A DNA stretch of 64,000 nt from an uncultured bacterium. GTDB taxonomy: Bacteria > Verrucomicrobiota > Verrucomicrobiia > Verrucomicrobiales > DEV007. A program made the position numbers and the translations under genes. This document shows positions 48,486-59,409 of the stretch, piece by piece; positions within the stretch are counted from its first letter, which is position 1, and each line of letters starts with the position of its first letter. The notes under the pieces were generated by a model. That model saw only the letters and a list, made by a program, of their open reading frames with translations, made no database searches and had not been told where the DNA came from. Where the stretch lies: contig CAXBMO010000002.1 in assembly GCA_963977015.1 (NCBI GenBank), positions 429,853 through 493,852 on the forward strand. Reading direction: 5' to 3'.

Positions 48486-51059
48486 ATGCTTACGATGCTT
48501 CCCCTTAGAAACCTAGCCTCCCTCTTAATTCTTCTCGCTACCGCGCTTCCGCTGTCCGCTCAGGAACGCCAGCGCAACCGGGCCGATCGAGATGTCAAAC
48601 ACCTCCTTGAAGAAAAGGCCGATACCGCCAAATGGAGACTCGGAGACGGAAGCGGATTGTTGACCAATCGGAAATCCCGTTTTTTCGATTCGCAGGATCC
48701 CGACGCTCCGGCACCACCTCCGGACGATCCCACCGCGCATCAGTTGATGCTCAGCGTTGATGGCAAAAAAGGGCCAACGATTTGGAACCAGGACGGAACC
48801 ACCAATATCATCGAATCGGAAACCTGGAGACAATTCCTTCCGGCAGACGATGAGGGACGAATCATTCTCGACCTGGAGAATGCGATGATGTTGGCGCTAC
48901 TTCATTCGCGGACCTATCAGAACGCTCGCGAAACGCTCTACCTCAACGCACTCGACGTCAGCGAACAACGTTACGCTTTCGACAGCCAGTTTGGGTTCCG
49001 CAACAACTCCAATCGCGTCTCGACCGGAGGAAATCGCGCGGCGGGAGAGAACGATGCCACCAACGGCTCCAGCTCGAACACGATGGCAACGAACACGGAC
49101 TTTGGAATCAATCGCCGCACGGCAACCGGAGCAGAACTCGTGGGCGGATTGGCGAACTCGATTCTCTGGGATTTTTCGGGAAGCTCCGACACCGTGCTTT
49201 CGTCGGTCGTCAATTTCGGCGTGGTTCAACCGCTTCTTCGGTTCCGGGCCCGGGATTTCGTGTTGGAAGACCTGACCCAGTCTGAACGCAACCTGCTCGC
49301 GAATGTTCGGCGGATGAAGCAGTTTCAACAGGGCTTCTACATCGATGTCGTATCGGGCCAGAACGTCGCGGAAGGTCCATCCCGCGGCCAGGCCGGGGAA
49401 TCGGCGTCTGTGATTGCCGGCACGCCATCTTCCGGTGGTCGAGCCGGTGGCTTTCTCGGGTTGTTGCAAACCAAGCAGCAGATTCGGAACCAGGAAGCCA
49501 GTGTCGCCGCCCTCCGCGATTCTCTCGCCCAACTCCAGGCCGCTTTTGACGCCGGACGAATCAGCAATCGTCTCCAGGTCGACCAAGCCCGCCAGGCCCT
49601 CTACAATGGCCAGAGTTCGTTGCTGACCAGTTATGCGGCCTTCGATTCATCGATCGATGCCTACAAAGTTTCGCTCGGCCTTCCGCCCGATCTCGAAACC
49701 GTGGTCGATGAAGAACTGTTGGAGCGGTTTAATCTCGTGGATCCCGCGGTCAGCGCCCTGCAGAGCGAGACCGCCGCGATTCTCGATTCCATTCGAAGGC
49801 GCGACGCAATCGCCACGCCGCAGGATTTAGCCGATCAGCTCATTCGTCTCGAAATGCTCGAATCCCGGATCGATGCCCAAATTGTTCGGGCTCGAAAAGA
49901 TGTCCGCCAACTTCGAGAAAGCCTTCCGAACCGAAGAAGCCAATTGGCGGAATTGAAACAGCGACCGGAGTTGCAAAACGTCTACATGGATCCCGCCCTG
50001 TTTGATCCAAAGATTCTCAGCGGAGTCGCCGATCAGCTCGAAGCGAATCTGAATGAGTTGGAGCGCGGGATGAACGACTCGATTGAAAGCCTGACCGCGC
50101 TCCGTGAAGTTCCACCACCGCCGAACCAACTGGAACGGGCTCGCGACAATGTGACGTCCGTCACGACCGGGTTATCGAGCCACCTCCTCCAGCTTTCGCT
50201 GATTCAAGCGGCAGCGCGATTGGAGTCCGTCACGTTGCGCCCGGTGCAAATTGAATTCGACGACGCCTACAGCCTCGCAGAATCGAATCGCCTCGATTGG
50301 ATGAACGCGAGAGCCGGATTGGTCGATTCCTGGCGCAAAATCGCGGTCGATGCGGAGGCGCTTAAGAACGGTCTCAACCTGATCGTGAATGGGGATGTGC
50401 CGACGACCGGCACCAGCGCTTTCAACTTTGATGAAGATGGCGGCAGAATCCAGATTGGTCTCGAGATCGACACTCCAATCACCAAGCTCAACGAGCGCAA
50501 CAACTATCGCGAAACACTGATCAGCTATCAGCGCGCGCGGCGCGACTTCATCCAATTTGAAGATCAGGTCAGTCAGAGCCTCCGCAATTCGCTGCGAATC
50601 GTCAGATTGAGTCAATTGAACTTTGAGGTGCGGCGGGCGGCGGTTCGCGTGGCGATTGCACAGGTGGATTTGGCTCGCCTTCGTCTCAATGAACCACCAA
50701 AACCGGGTCAGGGTGGAGCCCAATTTGGAGCGACGACCGCGCGGGACCTGGTCTCCGCCTTGGGCGATCTGCTTGACGCGCAAAACGACTTCCTCAGCGT
50801 CTGGGTCAGTTTTGAGGTTTTGCGGATGCTGCTGGATTATGAGTTGGGTTCGATGCGCCTGGATGACGCCGGTCTTTGGGTCGATCCCGAGACGATGACG
50901 GCGGAGTCGCTTTTCGCGGCGACGCTGGATCCGCAAACGCCCTCAACCGGGCAAATCGCTGCGGATTCGGAAGAGCCGGTCGTCGAAGTCAGCGATTTGA
51001 ACGCGGAACCCAACAGCGAGCGGAAACGCGGCTTCTTCAGCTTCTTTCGCCGCAACTGA
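48486..51059 (+). CDS. Long TolC-like outer membrane protein (PVC type)
   Basis: Signal peptide; LLHSR.YQ..RE.LYL.ALDV, QPLLR, LTQSER.LLANVR, QVDQARQ, NRLDWMNARA.LVD.WR, ERNNYR. Confidence 0.75.
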   Translation: MLTMLPLRNLASLLILLATALPLSAQERQRNRADRDVKHLLEEKADTAKWRLGDGSGLLTNRKSRFFDSQDPDAPAPPPDDPTAHQLMLSVDGKKGPTIWNQDGTTNIIESETWRQFLPADDEGRIILDLENAMMLALLHSRTYQNARETLYLNALDVSEQRYAFDSQFGFRNNSNRVSTGGNRAAGENDATNGSSSNTMATNTDFGINRRTATGAELVGGLANSILWDFSGSSDTVLSSVVNFGVVQPLLRFRARDFVLEDLTQSERNLLANVRRMKQFQQGFYIDVVSGQNVAEGPSRGQAGESASVIAGTPSSGGRAGGFLGLLQTKQQIRNQEASVAALRDSLAQLQAAFDAGRISNRLQVDQARQALYNGQSSLLTSYAAFDSSIDAYKVSLGLPPDLETVVDEELLERFNLVDPAVSALQSETAAILDSIRRRDAIATPQDLADQLIRLEMLESRIDAQIVRARKDVRQLRESLPNRRSQLAELKQRPELQNVYMDPALFDPKILSGVADQLEANLNELERGMNDSIESLTALREVPPPPNQLERARDNVTSVTTGLSSHLLQLSLIQAAARLESVTLRPVQIEFDDAYSLAESNRLDWMNARAGLVDSWRKIAVDAEALKNGLNLIVNGDVPTTGTSAFNFDEDGGRIQIGLEIDTPITKLNERNNYRETLISYQRARRDFIQFEDQVSQSLRNSLRIVRLSQLNFEVRRAAVRVAIAQVDLARLRLNEPPKPGQGGAQFGATTARDLVSALGDLLDAQNDFLSVWVSFEVLRMLLDYELGSMRLDDAGLWVDPETMTAESLFAATLDPQTPSTGQIAADSEEPVVEVSDLNAEPNSERKRGFFSFFRRN

Positions 51060-51064
51060 TCGAC

Positions 51065-51961
51065 TCAGTTGGCGCGTGGATGGGCCTGGTCATAGACCTT
51101 TTTCATCCGTTCGACCGTCACATGAGTGTAGATTTGAGTCGTCGATAGGCTTGCGTGGCCCAGCAATTCCTGGACGCTCCGCAAGTCTGCTCCGTTGTCC
51201 AGAAGGTGGGTTGCAAAACTGTGACGCAGCTTGTGCGGGCTCACGTTGATCGGAATCGAAGACTTGGCGAGATACTTTTTCACCACCTTCATCAAACTCC
51301 GTGGCGCGATTCGCCTGCGCAACTTGCTCAAAAACAAGGGACCGCTCGAAACCCGGGCTTCCTGGAGATATCGCTGCAACGCCCGGTTCGCATGACTGCC
51401 GATCGGACAAATCCGCTCCTTGCTCCCCTTCCCCATCACGCGAAGGCTTTCCTCCACCTGATCATAATGGTGCACATCCAGGCCTGAAAGCTCGGCAACG
51501 CGAATCCCGCTGGCATAGAACGTCTCCAGAATCGCCGAATCCCTTGCCGGCATCCAAGCCGGGGCCTGCTTCTCCAATTCCAGCTTGAAGGGCAACTCCA
51601 GCAATTCTTCAACCTGATCGAGCGAAAGCACGACCGGCAGCTTCTTTTCCGCCTTGGGCAACTGCACTTCCAACAACGGATTTTCGGTCAGGCCGTGTCG
51701 CGCGGCCAAATACTTGTAAAAACTCCGCATCGCGGCGAAATGCAGACGAATCGTCGCCCGGGAAACCTCCCGTTTCATCAGCGTGAACAGGTAGTCGCGA
51801 AACATCTCCGCATCGCACTCCATCCAGTGCTGAAAGCCCTTTTGCTTGGTGCGAAACTCCTGCAACGCGTGACCGTAATTCCGCAGCGTTTTCGGCGAAG
51901 CGTTGCGCTCTACCGACTGAAAGTCGAGAAAAGCGGATTCCAAGTGTTCCGGCGTTTCCAA
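51065..51961 (-). CDS. xerC: Tyrosine recombinase XerC/XerD family
   Basis: RD.AILE.FYASGIRVAEL, GKGSKER, HKLRHSFATHLL, LLGH..LSTTQIYTH. Confidence 0.9.
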   Translation of the reverse strand: METPEHLESAFLDFQSVERNASPKTLRNYGHALQEFRTKQKGFQHWMECDAEMFRDYLFTLMKREVSRATIRLHFAAMRSFYKYLAARHGLTENPLLEVQLPKAEKKLPVVLSLDQVEELLELPFKLELEKQAPAWMPARDSAILETFYASGIRVAELSGLDVHHYDQVEESLRVMGKGSKERICPIGSHANRALQRYLQEARVSSGPLFLSKLRRRIAPRSLMKVVKKYLAKSSIPINVSPHKLRHSFATHLLDNGADLRSVQELLGHASLSTTQIYTHVTVERMKKVYDQAHPRAN

Positions 51962-52032
51962 ATCAGAATCTGAGTATAGCGTTACAGCGAGTGATCACTA
52001 CTCATTAACAAAGATATAAGGACAATCAACAA

Positions 52033-52800
52033 ATGTTGACTAAACGCATCATTCCATGTCTCGACGTTACCGATGGTCGAGTGGTGAAAGGAACCAAGTT
52101 TCTCGATCTCCGCGACGCAGGGGATCCCGTGGAATGCGCCATCGCCTATAACGATCAGGGAGCCGACGAACTCGTCTTTCTCGATATCACTGCATCATCG
52201 GACAATCGGAAAACCATGGTGGATGTGGTTCGCCACACGGCAGAGCAATGTTTCATGCCGTTGACGGTCGGTGGCGGAATCCGCACCCCTGATGACATGC
52301 GGGAAATGCTGCTGGCTGGAGCCGACAAGGTCGGGATCAACACCGCCGCGGTCAACAATCCGGATGCGATCAGCGAAGGCGCCAAAGCCTTTGGCGAGCA
52401 GTGCATTGTCGTCGCGATTGATGCAAAACGGAATGCGAGCGGAGAAGGCTGGACGGTCTACACCCATGGCGGTCGAAACGCGACCGAACTGGACGCCGTT
52501 GCCTGGGCAAAAGAAGTCGAAAGCCGTGGCGCCGGAGAAATTCTGCTTACCAGCATGGACTCAGACGGAACCAAAGCTGGTTATGACATCGCGCTCAATG
52601 CAGCGGTTAGCAATGCGGTCAACATTCCGGTGATTGCGAGCGGTGGCGCCGGAAGCCTGGAGCACATGGCTCATGTTCTTGAAGAAGGCAAGGCGGATGC
52701 CGTCCTCGCGGCCAGCATCTTCCACTTCGGTGAATTTACGGTAGAAGACGTTAAACGCTTTCTCGCCGATCAAGGAATTGCGGTCCGCCCAGTCGTCTAA
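52033..52800 (+). CDS. hisF: Imidazole glycerol phosphate synthase cyclase subunit
   Basis: [55 protein letters not shown]. Confidence 0.97.
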   Translation: MLTKRIIPCLDVTDGRVVKGTKFLDLRDAGDPVECAIAYNDQGADELVFLDITASSDNRKTMVDVVRHTAEQCFMPLTVGGGIRTPDDMREMLLAGADKVGINTAAVNNPDAISEGAKAFGEQCIVVAIDAKRNASGEGWTVYTHGGRNATELDAVAWAKEVESRGAGEILLTSMDSDGTKAGYDIALNAAVSNAVNIPVIASGGAGSLEHMAHVLEEGKADAVLAASIFHFGEFTVEDVKRFLADQGIAVRPVV

Positions 52801-52857
52801 ATCAGGCCGTCACGGAAGCGCCTCCAACCATTTTCGAACCCCGCGATATCCGTACAT

Positions 52858-52926
52858 AAAAAAATGGAACCTTCGGCTGGCAATAGGAGGCAGGTTGGGC
52901 AGGAGGTGCCGAACACCGAAGGTTCC
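52858..52926 (-). terminator. Minus-strand hairpin plus U-tract, possibly the 3' end of a small RNA
   Basis: Perfect 11-bp inverted repeat GGAACCTTCGG (52866-52876) / CCGAAGGTTCC (52916-52926) next to A7 (52858-52864). Confidence 0.5.
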
Positions 52927-53185
52927 CACTTCATTTCTGAAGCTCACTGTTAGTGGATCATCTATTGCTGAAAGTGGCAACTAATTTTGACACGAAAATA
53001 TCGCAAAATTCGATTTTTTGTCGCATCCCGCCTTACCTATATGGCTTAAGGGCCGAGTTTTATGGCTCATTGCGCCAAACTAGCATTGTACCCACCTTTC
53101 TTTCCTCCCCAAATAAGCAAACCCCGCTAGAAACACCTTAGATGTTGATCGAGTCTTTCAATCATCACGTTCTTGTCACCAGTCA

Positions 53186-54619
53186 ATGAATGATCTCATC
53201 TGGATCGGTCAAGTTACCGGAGTCGTCATGTTTCTGGCTCACATCGCGGGCGGATTCGCAGCCGTGCATGCGATCATGAGCAATCGAACGGCACAAGGCG
53301 CAATCGCGTGGTCACTATCCCTGGCTGTCCTTCCTCTGCTTGCGGTACCGCTCTATCTTGTGACAGGCCGAAATCGCTTTAACGGCTATGTCTTTGTCCG
53401 CCGCGAAGGGGATGAAGAGATTCGCAAAAAATACCCCAACATCCGCCAAGCCATTGCCAACCTGGCGGAACCCACTCCCAACGATCGCTTTCTGGCGGCA
53501 GCGGTTCCCTTGGCCGGTTTACCCATCACGAAGGGGAACTCAACGGAACTCCTTCCCGCCACCGAGGAGGCCTTTGAAATGATGTTCGATTCCATTCAAC
53601 AAGCGGAGAACTACCTGCTCGTTTTTTTCTTCATCGTTCAGAACGATTCCATGGGAGAACGCTTTCAGAAGGCTTTGGCGCAGAAGGCACGCGAAGGCGT
53701 TCGGGTTTTGTTCGGTTACGATGAAATCGGCTCCCGTAAGCTCAAAAGTCCGTACATCGATGAGCTGCGCAACGCAGGCGTCGAAGTCCATCCGTTTCGA
53801 ACCAGCCATGGAATTCGCCGCCTGCAGATCAACTTCCGCAACCATCGCAAGATCCTGATTGCAGATGGCCAGGAAGCCTTCATTGGTGGCTTGAACGTTT
53901 CTCAGGAATACATTGGTGAGCATCCCAAAGTCGGGAAATGGCGGGATACCCATCTGCGGTTGCAGGGCCCCGCAGTTGCCTGCGTTCAGGTGGCTTTTCT
54001 GGAAGACTGGCGCTGGATGACCGGAAAAATTCCCACCAATTTTGAGTGGAACGCCAAGCGGCAACCGGAGAATGTCCCCGTTCTCATCGCCCCTACCGGC
54101 CCTTCCGACCGGCTCGATTCCGCCCAACTGATCTACGTGGCTGCAGCCGAATCCGCCGAACGCAGAATCTGGATCGCAACCCCGTTTTTCGTTCCAGATC
54201 ACGGAATGGTCACCGCGCTCCAATCGGCGGCACTCCGTGGTGTCGATGTCCGCATCATCCTTCCCGGCCGCCCGCACCAACTTCTCGTCGACCTCTCTTC
54301 CAAGACATTCTATCGCGAAATGCTCGACGCCGGGGTGAAGCTCTACCGCTACAATATCGGCTTCCTCCATCAAAAAGTCTTCCTGATGGACGACAACCTC
54401 GCCTGCGTCGGCACCGCCAATCTCGACAATCGGTCGTTTCGCCTCAATTTCGAGATCTTTGGGATCGTCTCCGGTTCCGCCTTCGCTGCCGAGGTCGAAT
54501 CCATGCTCAATGCCGACCTCGCCCAATCATCCCCCGTCAAAATCAGCGACTACGCCAGCCGGCCCTGGTGGTATCGCCTCGCGTGCCGACTCGCCCGTCT
54601 CATGGCCCCGATTCAGTAA
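53186..54619 (+). CDS. cls: Cardiolipin synthase
   Basis: N-terminal TM hairpin; two HKD motifs (RNHRKILIADG, LHQKVFLMD), NLDNRSFRLNFE. Confidence 0.95.
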   Translation: MNDLIWIGQVTGVVMFLAHIAGGFAAVHAIMSNRTAQGAIAWSLSLAVLPLLAVPLYLVTGRNRFNGYVFVRREGDEEIRKKYPNIRQAIANLAEPTPNDRFLAAAVPLAGLPITKGNSTELLPATEEAFEMMFDSIQQAENYLLVFFFIVQNDSMGERFQKALAQKAREGVRVLFGYDEIGSRKLKSPYIDELRNAGVEVHPFRTSHGIRRLQINFRNHRKILIADGQEAFIGGLNVSQEYIGEHPKVGKWRDTHLRLQGPAVACVQVAFLEDWRWMTGKIPTNFEWNAKRQPENVPVLIAPTGPSDRLDSAQLIYVAAAESAERRIWIATPFFVPDHGMVTALQSAALRGVDVRIILPGRPHQLLVDLSSKTFYREMLDAGVKLYRYNIGFLHQKVFLMDDNLACVGTANLDNRSFRLNFEIFGIVSGSAFAAEVESMLNADLAQSSPVKISDYASRPWWYRLACRLARLMAPIQ

Positions 54620-54669
54620 TTGCGCCTTTGCGTTTGTCTCGCGACGATTTCCTGAGAACTTCCTACTTC

Positions 54670-55764
54670 ATGGATCGCGAAATCGCCTATGTCGCTCTCA
54701 ACCTCCTTCCCGGCATTGGACCGGTGAAAGTGCGTCAGTTGCTGGAGCGATTCGGCACCGCACCCGCAATTCTTGAAGCCAAATCCGCGCAACTCAGCGA
54801 AGTCCTCCGCCAAGATCTCGCCAATACCGTTCGAAACTGGCGCGACGAAATCGATCTCGACGCCGAAATCGGCAAAATCGAAGCCAAGGGCCTGAACATC
54901 ATCGATTGGGAACACGACCTCTACCCCGCGCAACTCCGCGAGATCCACGCCCCGCCCGTCGTCCTCTATGTCTGGGGCAACCTCACCCCGGCGGATCAGC
55001 ACGCCCTCGCCGTCGTCGGCACCCGTCGCATGACCCACTACGGCCGCGAATCCACGAAAAAGATCACCTTCCAACTCGCTCATGCCGGCTACACCATCGT
55101 CAGCGGGCTCGCCGCCGGAATCGACACCATCGCCCACGAATCCGCCCTCGCCGCCAATGGCCGCACCATCGCCGTGCTCGGAAGCGGGTTTGCCCGCCTT
55201 TACCCGCCCGAAAATCAAAAATTGGCCCAGAAAATCGCCGAAAACGGCGCCGTCATCTCCCAATTTCCCTTCGACATCACCACCGATCCCCGCCTCTTCC
55301 CCATCCGCAATCAAACCGTCAGCGGCATGAGCTACGGCGTCATCGTCATCGAAGGAAACATCAAAAGCGGCTCCATGATCACGGCCAAAGCCGCCGTCGA
55401 GCACAACCGCGTCGTGTTCGCCCTCCCCGGCCCCATCGATCGGCAGACCTCGGGCGGTCCCAACTCGCTCATCCAGGACGGCGCCAAGCTCATCACCTGC
55501 CCCGCCGACGTCGTCCAGGACCTCCCCCTCGTCATGCCAGTCAACGCCACCGAGCCGGAGCCGACCGACTTGAATGAGGAAAACCTCTCCCCGGAAGACC
55601 TCAAGGTTTACCAGGCGCTCAGCGACGCCCCCGCCACCATCGATCACCTCGCCGCCGCCACCGGCCTCGCAAGCCCCCGGCTTTCGGCCACCCTGTTGCG
55701 ACTGGAAATGCAGGGTTTCGCCCGGCAGCTCCCCGGAATGGCCTTCGTCAAAGTAGAGAAATAG
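54670..55764 (+). CDS. dprA: DNA-processing protein DprA
   Basis: LPGIGP, YP.QLREI..PP, AVVGTR, IVSGLA.GID..AH, FP.RN..VSG, SGSMITA, LI.DGAKL; ATG at 54670. Confidence 0.95.
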   Translation: MDREIAYVALNLLPGIGPVKVRQLLERFGTAPAILEAKSAQLSEVLRQDLANTVRNWRDEIDLDAEIGKIEAKGLNIIDWEHDLYPAQLREIHAPPVVLYVWGNLTPADQHALAVVGTRRMTHYGRESTKKITFQLAHAGYTIVSGLAAGIDTIAHESALAANGRTIAVLGSGFARLYPPENQKLAQKIAENGAVISQFPFDITTDPRLFPIRNQTVSGMSYGVIVIEGNIKSGSMITAKAAVEHNRVVFALPGPIDRQTSGGPNSLIQDGAKLITCPADVVQDLPLVMPVNATEPEPTDLNEENLSPEDLKVYQALSDAPATIDHLAAATGLASPRLSATLLRLEMQGFARQLPGMAFVKVEK

Positions 55765-55916
55765 GCCCTAAAGGACCTTCGAGACTTTTTTGCAAAGCGA
55801 AGGCCCCGCTAGCCCCAAATCTTTTTCACACGTAGTGTGTTGGCGTTGCCTATTTGACATCGGGCATGATTGCGGTCAGCGATAGGGGCCAATTCTATCC
55901 AGAAATAACGAACCGA

Positions 55917-58520
55917 ATGTCCAAAAAACTGATCATTGCCGAGAAACCGAGCGTCGCACTCGACTTAAGCCGAGCGTTGGGGAAGATGCCCGAAGTCGGC
56001 AAGTTTACGAAGGAGAAGGACTATTACGAGAATGACCATTACGTCATCTCGTCGGCGGTCGGTCACCTGGTGGAGTTGCAAATGCCGGGCGGAAAGCAGA
56101 AATGGGATTTCGATCATCTGCCGATCATGCCGGAGAAGTTCGAGCTGCAGCCGATTGACGACAACAAGACCCGGCTCAACCTCTTGAAGCGGTTGATGAA
56201 GCGCAAGGATGTGGACGAAATCATCAATGCTTGTGACGCCGGCCGTGAGGGGGAGTTGATTTTTCGTTACCTGGTCGATATCAGCGGGGTAGAGAAGCCG
56301 ATCAAGCGGATGTGGATGCAGTCGATGACGAATCAGGCGATTTCGGAAGCGTTCAACAACATGCGCAGCGACGAGGAGATGCTTCCGCTCGCCAATGCGG
56401 CGAAGTGTCGCAGTGAAAGCGATTGGCTGGTGGGGATCAACGGGACGCGGGCGATGACGGCCTTCAACAGCAAATACGGCGGGTTCAGCAAGACACCGGT
56501 GGGACGCGTGAAGACGCCAACGCTGGCGATTATGGTGGAGCGGGAGAAAGAGATTCAGGCGTTTGAGCCGCGCGATTACTGGGAAGTTCACGGCGAGTTC
56601 GAGGTCGAGGCGGGTCTGTATCCCGGCATTTGGATCAATGAGAATTTCAAGAAGCAGGTGTTGCCGTTCGGCGAAGATGGCCCGCAGATCGACGAGAAGC
56701 ATCGGCGCGCCGATCGCATTTGGGACGTCGCCGCGGCGAATGACATCAAATCGCGCTGCGAAGGCAAAACCGGCGTGGTGGAAGAAACGAAGAAGCCGTC
56801 GAAAACCACTTCCGGCCTGCTTTACGACCTCACCAGCCTGCAACGCGAGGCCAACTCCCGCTTTGGTTTTCCCGCGCGCCGCACCCTGCAGATTGCCCAG
56901 GCACTTTATGAGCGACACAAGGTCCTGACCTATCCGCGAACCGATTCGCGCTATCTGCCGGAGGATTACCTCTCGGTGACTCGCGAGACGATGCAGAAGA
57001 TCAGCAACGCCAGCGGTGTCGCCCTGCCCACGAACTGCGATCAACACGCAGGGAAGGCGCTGAAGAACGATTGGGTGATCAAGACGAAAAAGGTGTTCGA
57101 CACCAGCAAGGTGAGCGATCACTTCGCCATCATCCCAACCGGCCATTTCGTCAACAAACTGGACGAGGCGGAGATGAAAATTTACACGATGGTGATGCAG
57201 CGCTTCATCGCCATTTTCTTCCCCACGGCAGAGTTCGAGATCACCACCCGAATCACCCGGATCACGACCGGCGAGATTGTGGACGCGTTTCGTTCGAGCG
57301 GCAAAATCATGGTGAAGCCGGGCTGGATGGAAGTTTACGGCGGCGTGGTCGGCAGTGATAAGGACAAGATCCTGGTCGGTCTGAAGCCGGACGAATCGGC
57401 CGTCGCAAAATCGGTCGATGTCGAACAGAAAACGACGAAACCACCGGCTCGATACTCTGAGGCAACGATTCTCTCGGCAATGGAAGGGGCCGGGAAGCTG
57501 GTGGACGACGAAGAGCTTGCCGCCGCGATGAGCGAACGCGGTCTCGGCACGCCGGCGACACGAGCGCAAACAATTGAGGGACTGATTTCCGACAAGTACA
57601 TCGTTCGCGCCGAGAAAGAGCTCGTTCCAACGACCAGCGGAATCCGCCTGATTGACGAGTTGAATACCATCGGGGTTGATATTCTCTGCTCACCGGAGAT
57701 GACCGGTCAGTGGGAATACAAGCTGAAGCGCATCGAGCAGGGACAGTTGAACCGCGACGGCTTCATGAGCGAGATTCGGGATTTGACGACCGGCGTGGTT
57801 GATCGAACCCGGTCCGCCGCCAAAGCCGCGAAGGAAGCCCACTACGATGATCTGGATTTGCCATGTCCCAGTTGCGGGACGCAGCCGCTCAAGCAGGATG
57901 AGCGCTCGTATCGTTGCCAGAACCCGGAATGTAAGTTTTCCATCTGGAAGGTGGTGGCAAGCCGGCCGATGGATATTCCGGAATTGGAGCAGTTATTGAC
58001 GAAGCGTTTCGTTGGCCCTTTGACCGGCTTTCGCAGCCGACGCGGCGAGGAATTCGACGCCGCGCTCGAGTTTGATGACGCGTTCAAGATCAAGTTCATC
58101 ACGGAAGCAAGCCAGGAACGGGAGCGACAGCGCCAGGAAGAAGCCTCGATGATCGACGATGCTCCAGTCATCGCCACTTGTCCGCTCTGCCAAAGCACGG
58201 TTCATGAGTTGGCCGAGGCCTACGTCTGTCGCAATAATCTGGAGGGCGACTGCAAGGCGAGGCTCAACAAGACCTACTGCAAGCGCGACATCAGCGTTGA
58301 AGAAGCCAAAGAATTCTTCGAGAAGCACAAAACTCCGTTGATCGACGATTTCATTTCGAAGCGCGACCGTCCGTTTAAAGCCTTCCTGGTGGCGAATTTG
58401 GCCGGCAAACGCTTCGTCGAATACGAATTCCCGCCTCGCGAACCCAAAGCGAAAAAGACAGCGACCAAGAAAAAGAGCGCGAAGAAGAAAGCCGCGAAAA
58501 AGAAGACGGCCGCTAAATAG
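55917..58520 (+). CDS. topB: Type IA DNA topoisomerase (topoisomerase III-like) with Zn-ribbon repeats and Lys-rich tail
   Basis: [62 protein letters not shown]. Confidence 0.92.
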   Translation: MSKKLIIAEKPSVALDLSRALGKMPEVGKFTKEKDYYENDHYVISSAVGHLVELQMPGGKQKWDFDHLPIMPEKFELQPIDDNKTRLNLLKRLMKRKDVDEIINACDAGREGELIFRYLVDISGVEKPIKRMWMQSMTNQAISEAFNNMRSDEEMLPLANAAKCRSESDWLVGINGTRAMTAFNSKYGGFSKTPVGRVKTPTLAIMVEREKEIQAFEPRDYWEVHGEFEVEAGLYPGIWINENFKKQVLPFGEDGPQIDEKHRRADRIWDVAAANDIKSRCEGKTGVVEETKKPSKTTSGLLYDLTSLQREANSRFGFPARRTLQIAQALYERHKVLTYPRTDSRYLPEDYLSVTRETMQKISNASGVALPTNCDQHAGKALKNDWVIKTKKVFDTSKVSDHFAIIPTGHFVNKLDEAEMKIYTMVMQRFIAIFFPTAEFEITTRITRITTGEIVDAFRSSGKIMVKPGWMEVYGGVVGSDKDKILVGLKPDESAVAKSVDVEQKTTKPPARYSEATILSAMEGAGKLVDDEELAAAMSERGLGTPATRAQTIEGLISDKYIVRAEKELVPTTSGIRLIDELNTIGVDILCSPEMTGQWEYKLKRIEQGQLNRDGFMSEIRDLTTGVVDRTRSAAKAAKEAHYDDLDLPCPSCGTQPLKQDERSYRCQNPECKFSIWKVVASRPMDIPELEQLLTKRFVGPLTGFRSRRGEEFDAALEFDDAFKIKFITEASQERERQRQEEASMIDDAPVIATCPLCQSTVHELAEAYVCRNNLEGDCKARLNKTYCKRDISVEEAKEFFEKHKTPLIDDFISKRDRPFKAFLVANLAGKRFVEYEFPPREPKAKKTATKKKSAKKKAAKKKTAAK

Positions 58521-58528
58521 CCGATTTA

Positions 58529-59344
58529 TTGAGTGTAGAACCGACAACCCCCACCTGGAAACGGATTCTCAGGCGCACTGTTAACGCAGTTCGCGATGAC
58601 CAAATCACGTTTTCCGCCGCTGCCGTCGCGTTTTACACCCTGATGAGTTTGGTGCCGGTCTTGACCATGATCGTCGGTGTTTTTGGGTGGTTTGCGGATC
58701 CTGCGAAAGCCGCAAACTTGGTCGGCTATCTGGAAGGATTGGTCCCTCCGGCAATCGCCGAGTTGCTTGAGGATGAACTCCGCGATTTGGCCACGAACAA
58801 GGCATCCGCCGGCGTCAGCGCCCTCCTGGCAGGCCTCGTCAGCCTTTGGGCTGGCTCCAAAGCGATGGATTCCGTCATCAAGGCCATGAACATGGCTTAC
58901 GACGTGGAGGAACGCCGGAACCTGGTGGTGCGGAAACTCGTCGGCTTTGCTCTGACTCTCGGAACCGTGATTGTGGTCGTCGCCGCAGGCTGGTTCCTGG
59001 TCATTGCAACGACATTTGCAGGAGTCCCGGGAATCATCCTGACGTTGGCAAAGTGGCCCCTGATTTTCGTCACGATCGGGCTCTGGTTGAGCCTGGTCTA
59101 TCGCTTTGCACCGGCCCGAGATGGACGATGGCATTGGGTCACCTACGGAAGCTTTGTTGCGACTCTGTTGTGGGTCATTTCTTCTGCTGCGTTCACGATT
59201 TACGCGACCCAACTCGGGAATTTCAACCAGACCTACGGTTCGCTCGGGGCCATTGTCGCTCTGATGCTCTGGTTCTATCTTTCCGCCCTGGCGTTGGTTC
59301 TCGGGGCGGAGATCAACGCAGAATTGGAAGAGCCGGCCATCTAG
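58529..59344 (+). CDS. YihY/BrkB family membrane protein
   Basis: AAAVAFY, AMN.AYDVEE.R, YRFAP, TYGSLGAIV.LMLWFY, GAEINA. Confidence 0.92.
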   Translation: MSVEPTTPTWKRILRRTVNAVRDDQITFSAAAVAFYTLMSLVPVLTMIVGVFGWFADPAKAANLVGYLEGLVPPAIAELLEDELRDLATNKASAGVSALLAGLVSLWAGSKAMDSVIKAMNMAYDVEERRNLVVRKLVGFALTLGTVIVVVAAGWFLVIATTFAGVPGIILTLAKWPLIFVTIGLWLSLVYRFAPARDGRWHWVTYGSFVATLLWVISSAAFTIYATQLGNFNQTYGSLGAIVALMLWFYLSALALVLGAEINAELEEPAI

Positions 59345-59409
59345 CCTGCAACCATCCGGATCAAGGATCCAGCGTTGCATGTCGCGGCACGTCCTGCTCG
59401 AATAGGAGG

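Noticed and set aside
51065-51961. Tyrosine recombinase as an integrase of a mobile element
   Set aside because: Size and motifs fit chromosomal XerC/D, it is flanked by housekeeping genes, and I saw no att repeats, tRNA or recognisable dif site
52797-52934. 45-codon minus-strand ORF (MKWEPSVFGTSCPTC...) across the hairpin
   Set aside because: No evident RBS and it reads through the terminator-like structure; the RNA interpretation is more parsimonious, though the ORF is not excluded
54046-54669. N-terminal extension of the dprA ORF (and likewise 58846-59409 for the hydrolase)
   Set aside because: Out-of-frame overlap with the upstream genes; true starts are at 54670 and 59410
28290-55764. 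Pilin-like gene + HhH domain + dprA as a natural competence locus
   Set aside because: Scattered over 27 kb, no comEC/comF or pilus assembly genes, and the HhH is predicted cytoplasmic on TatC
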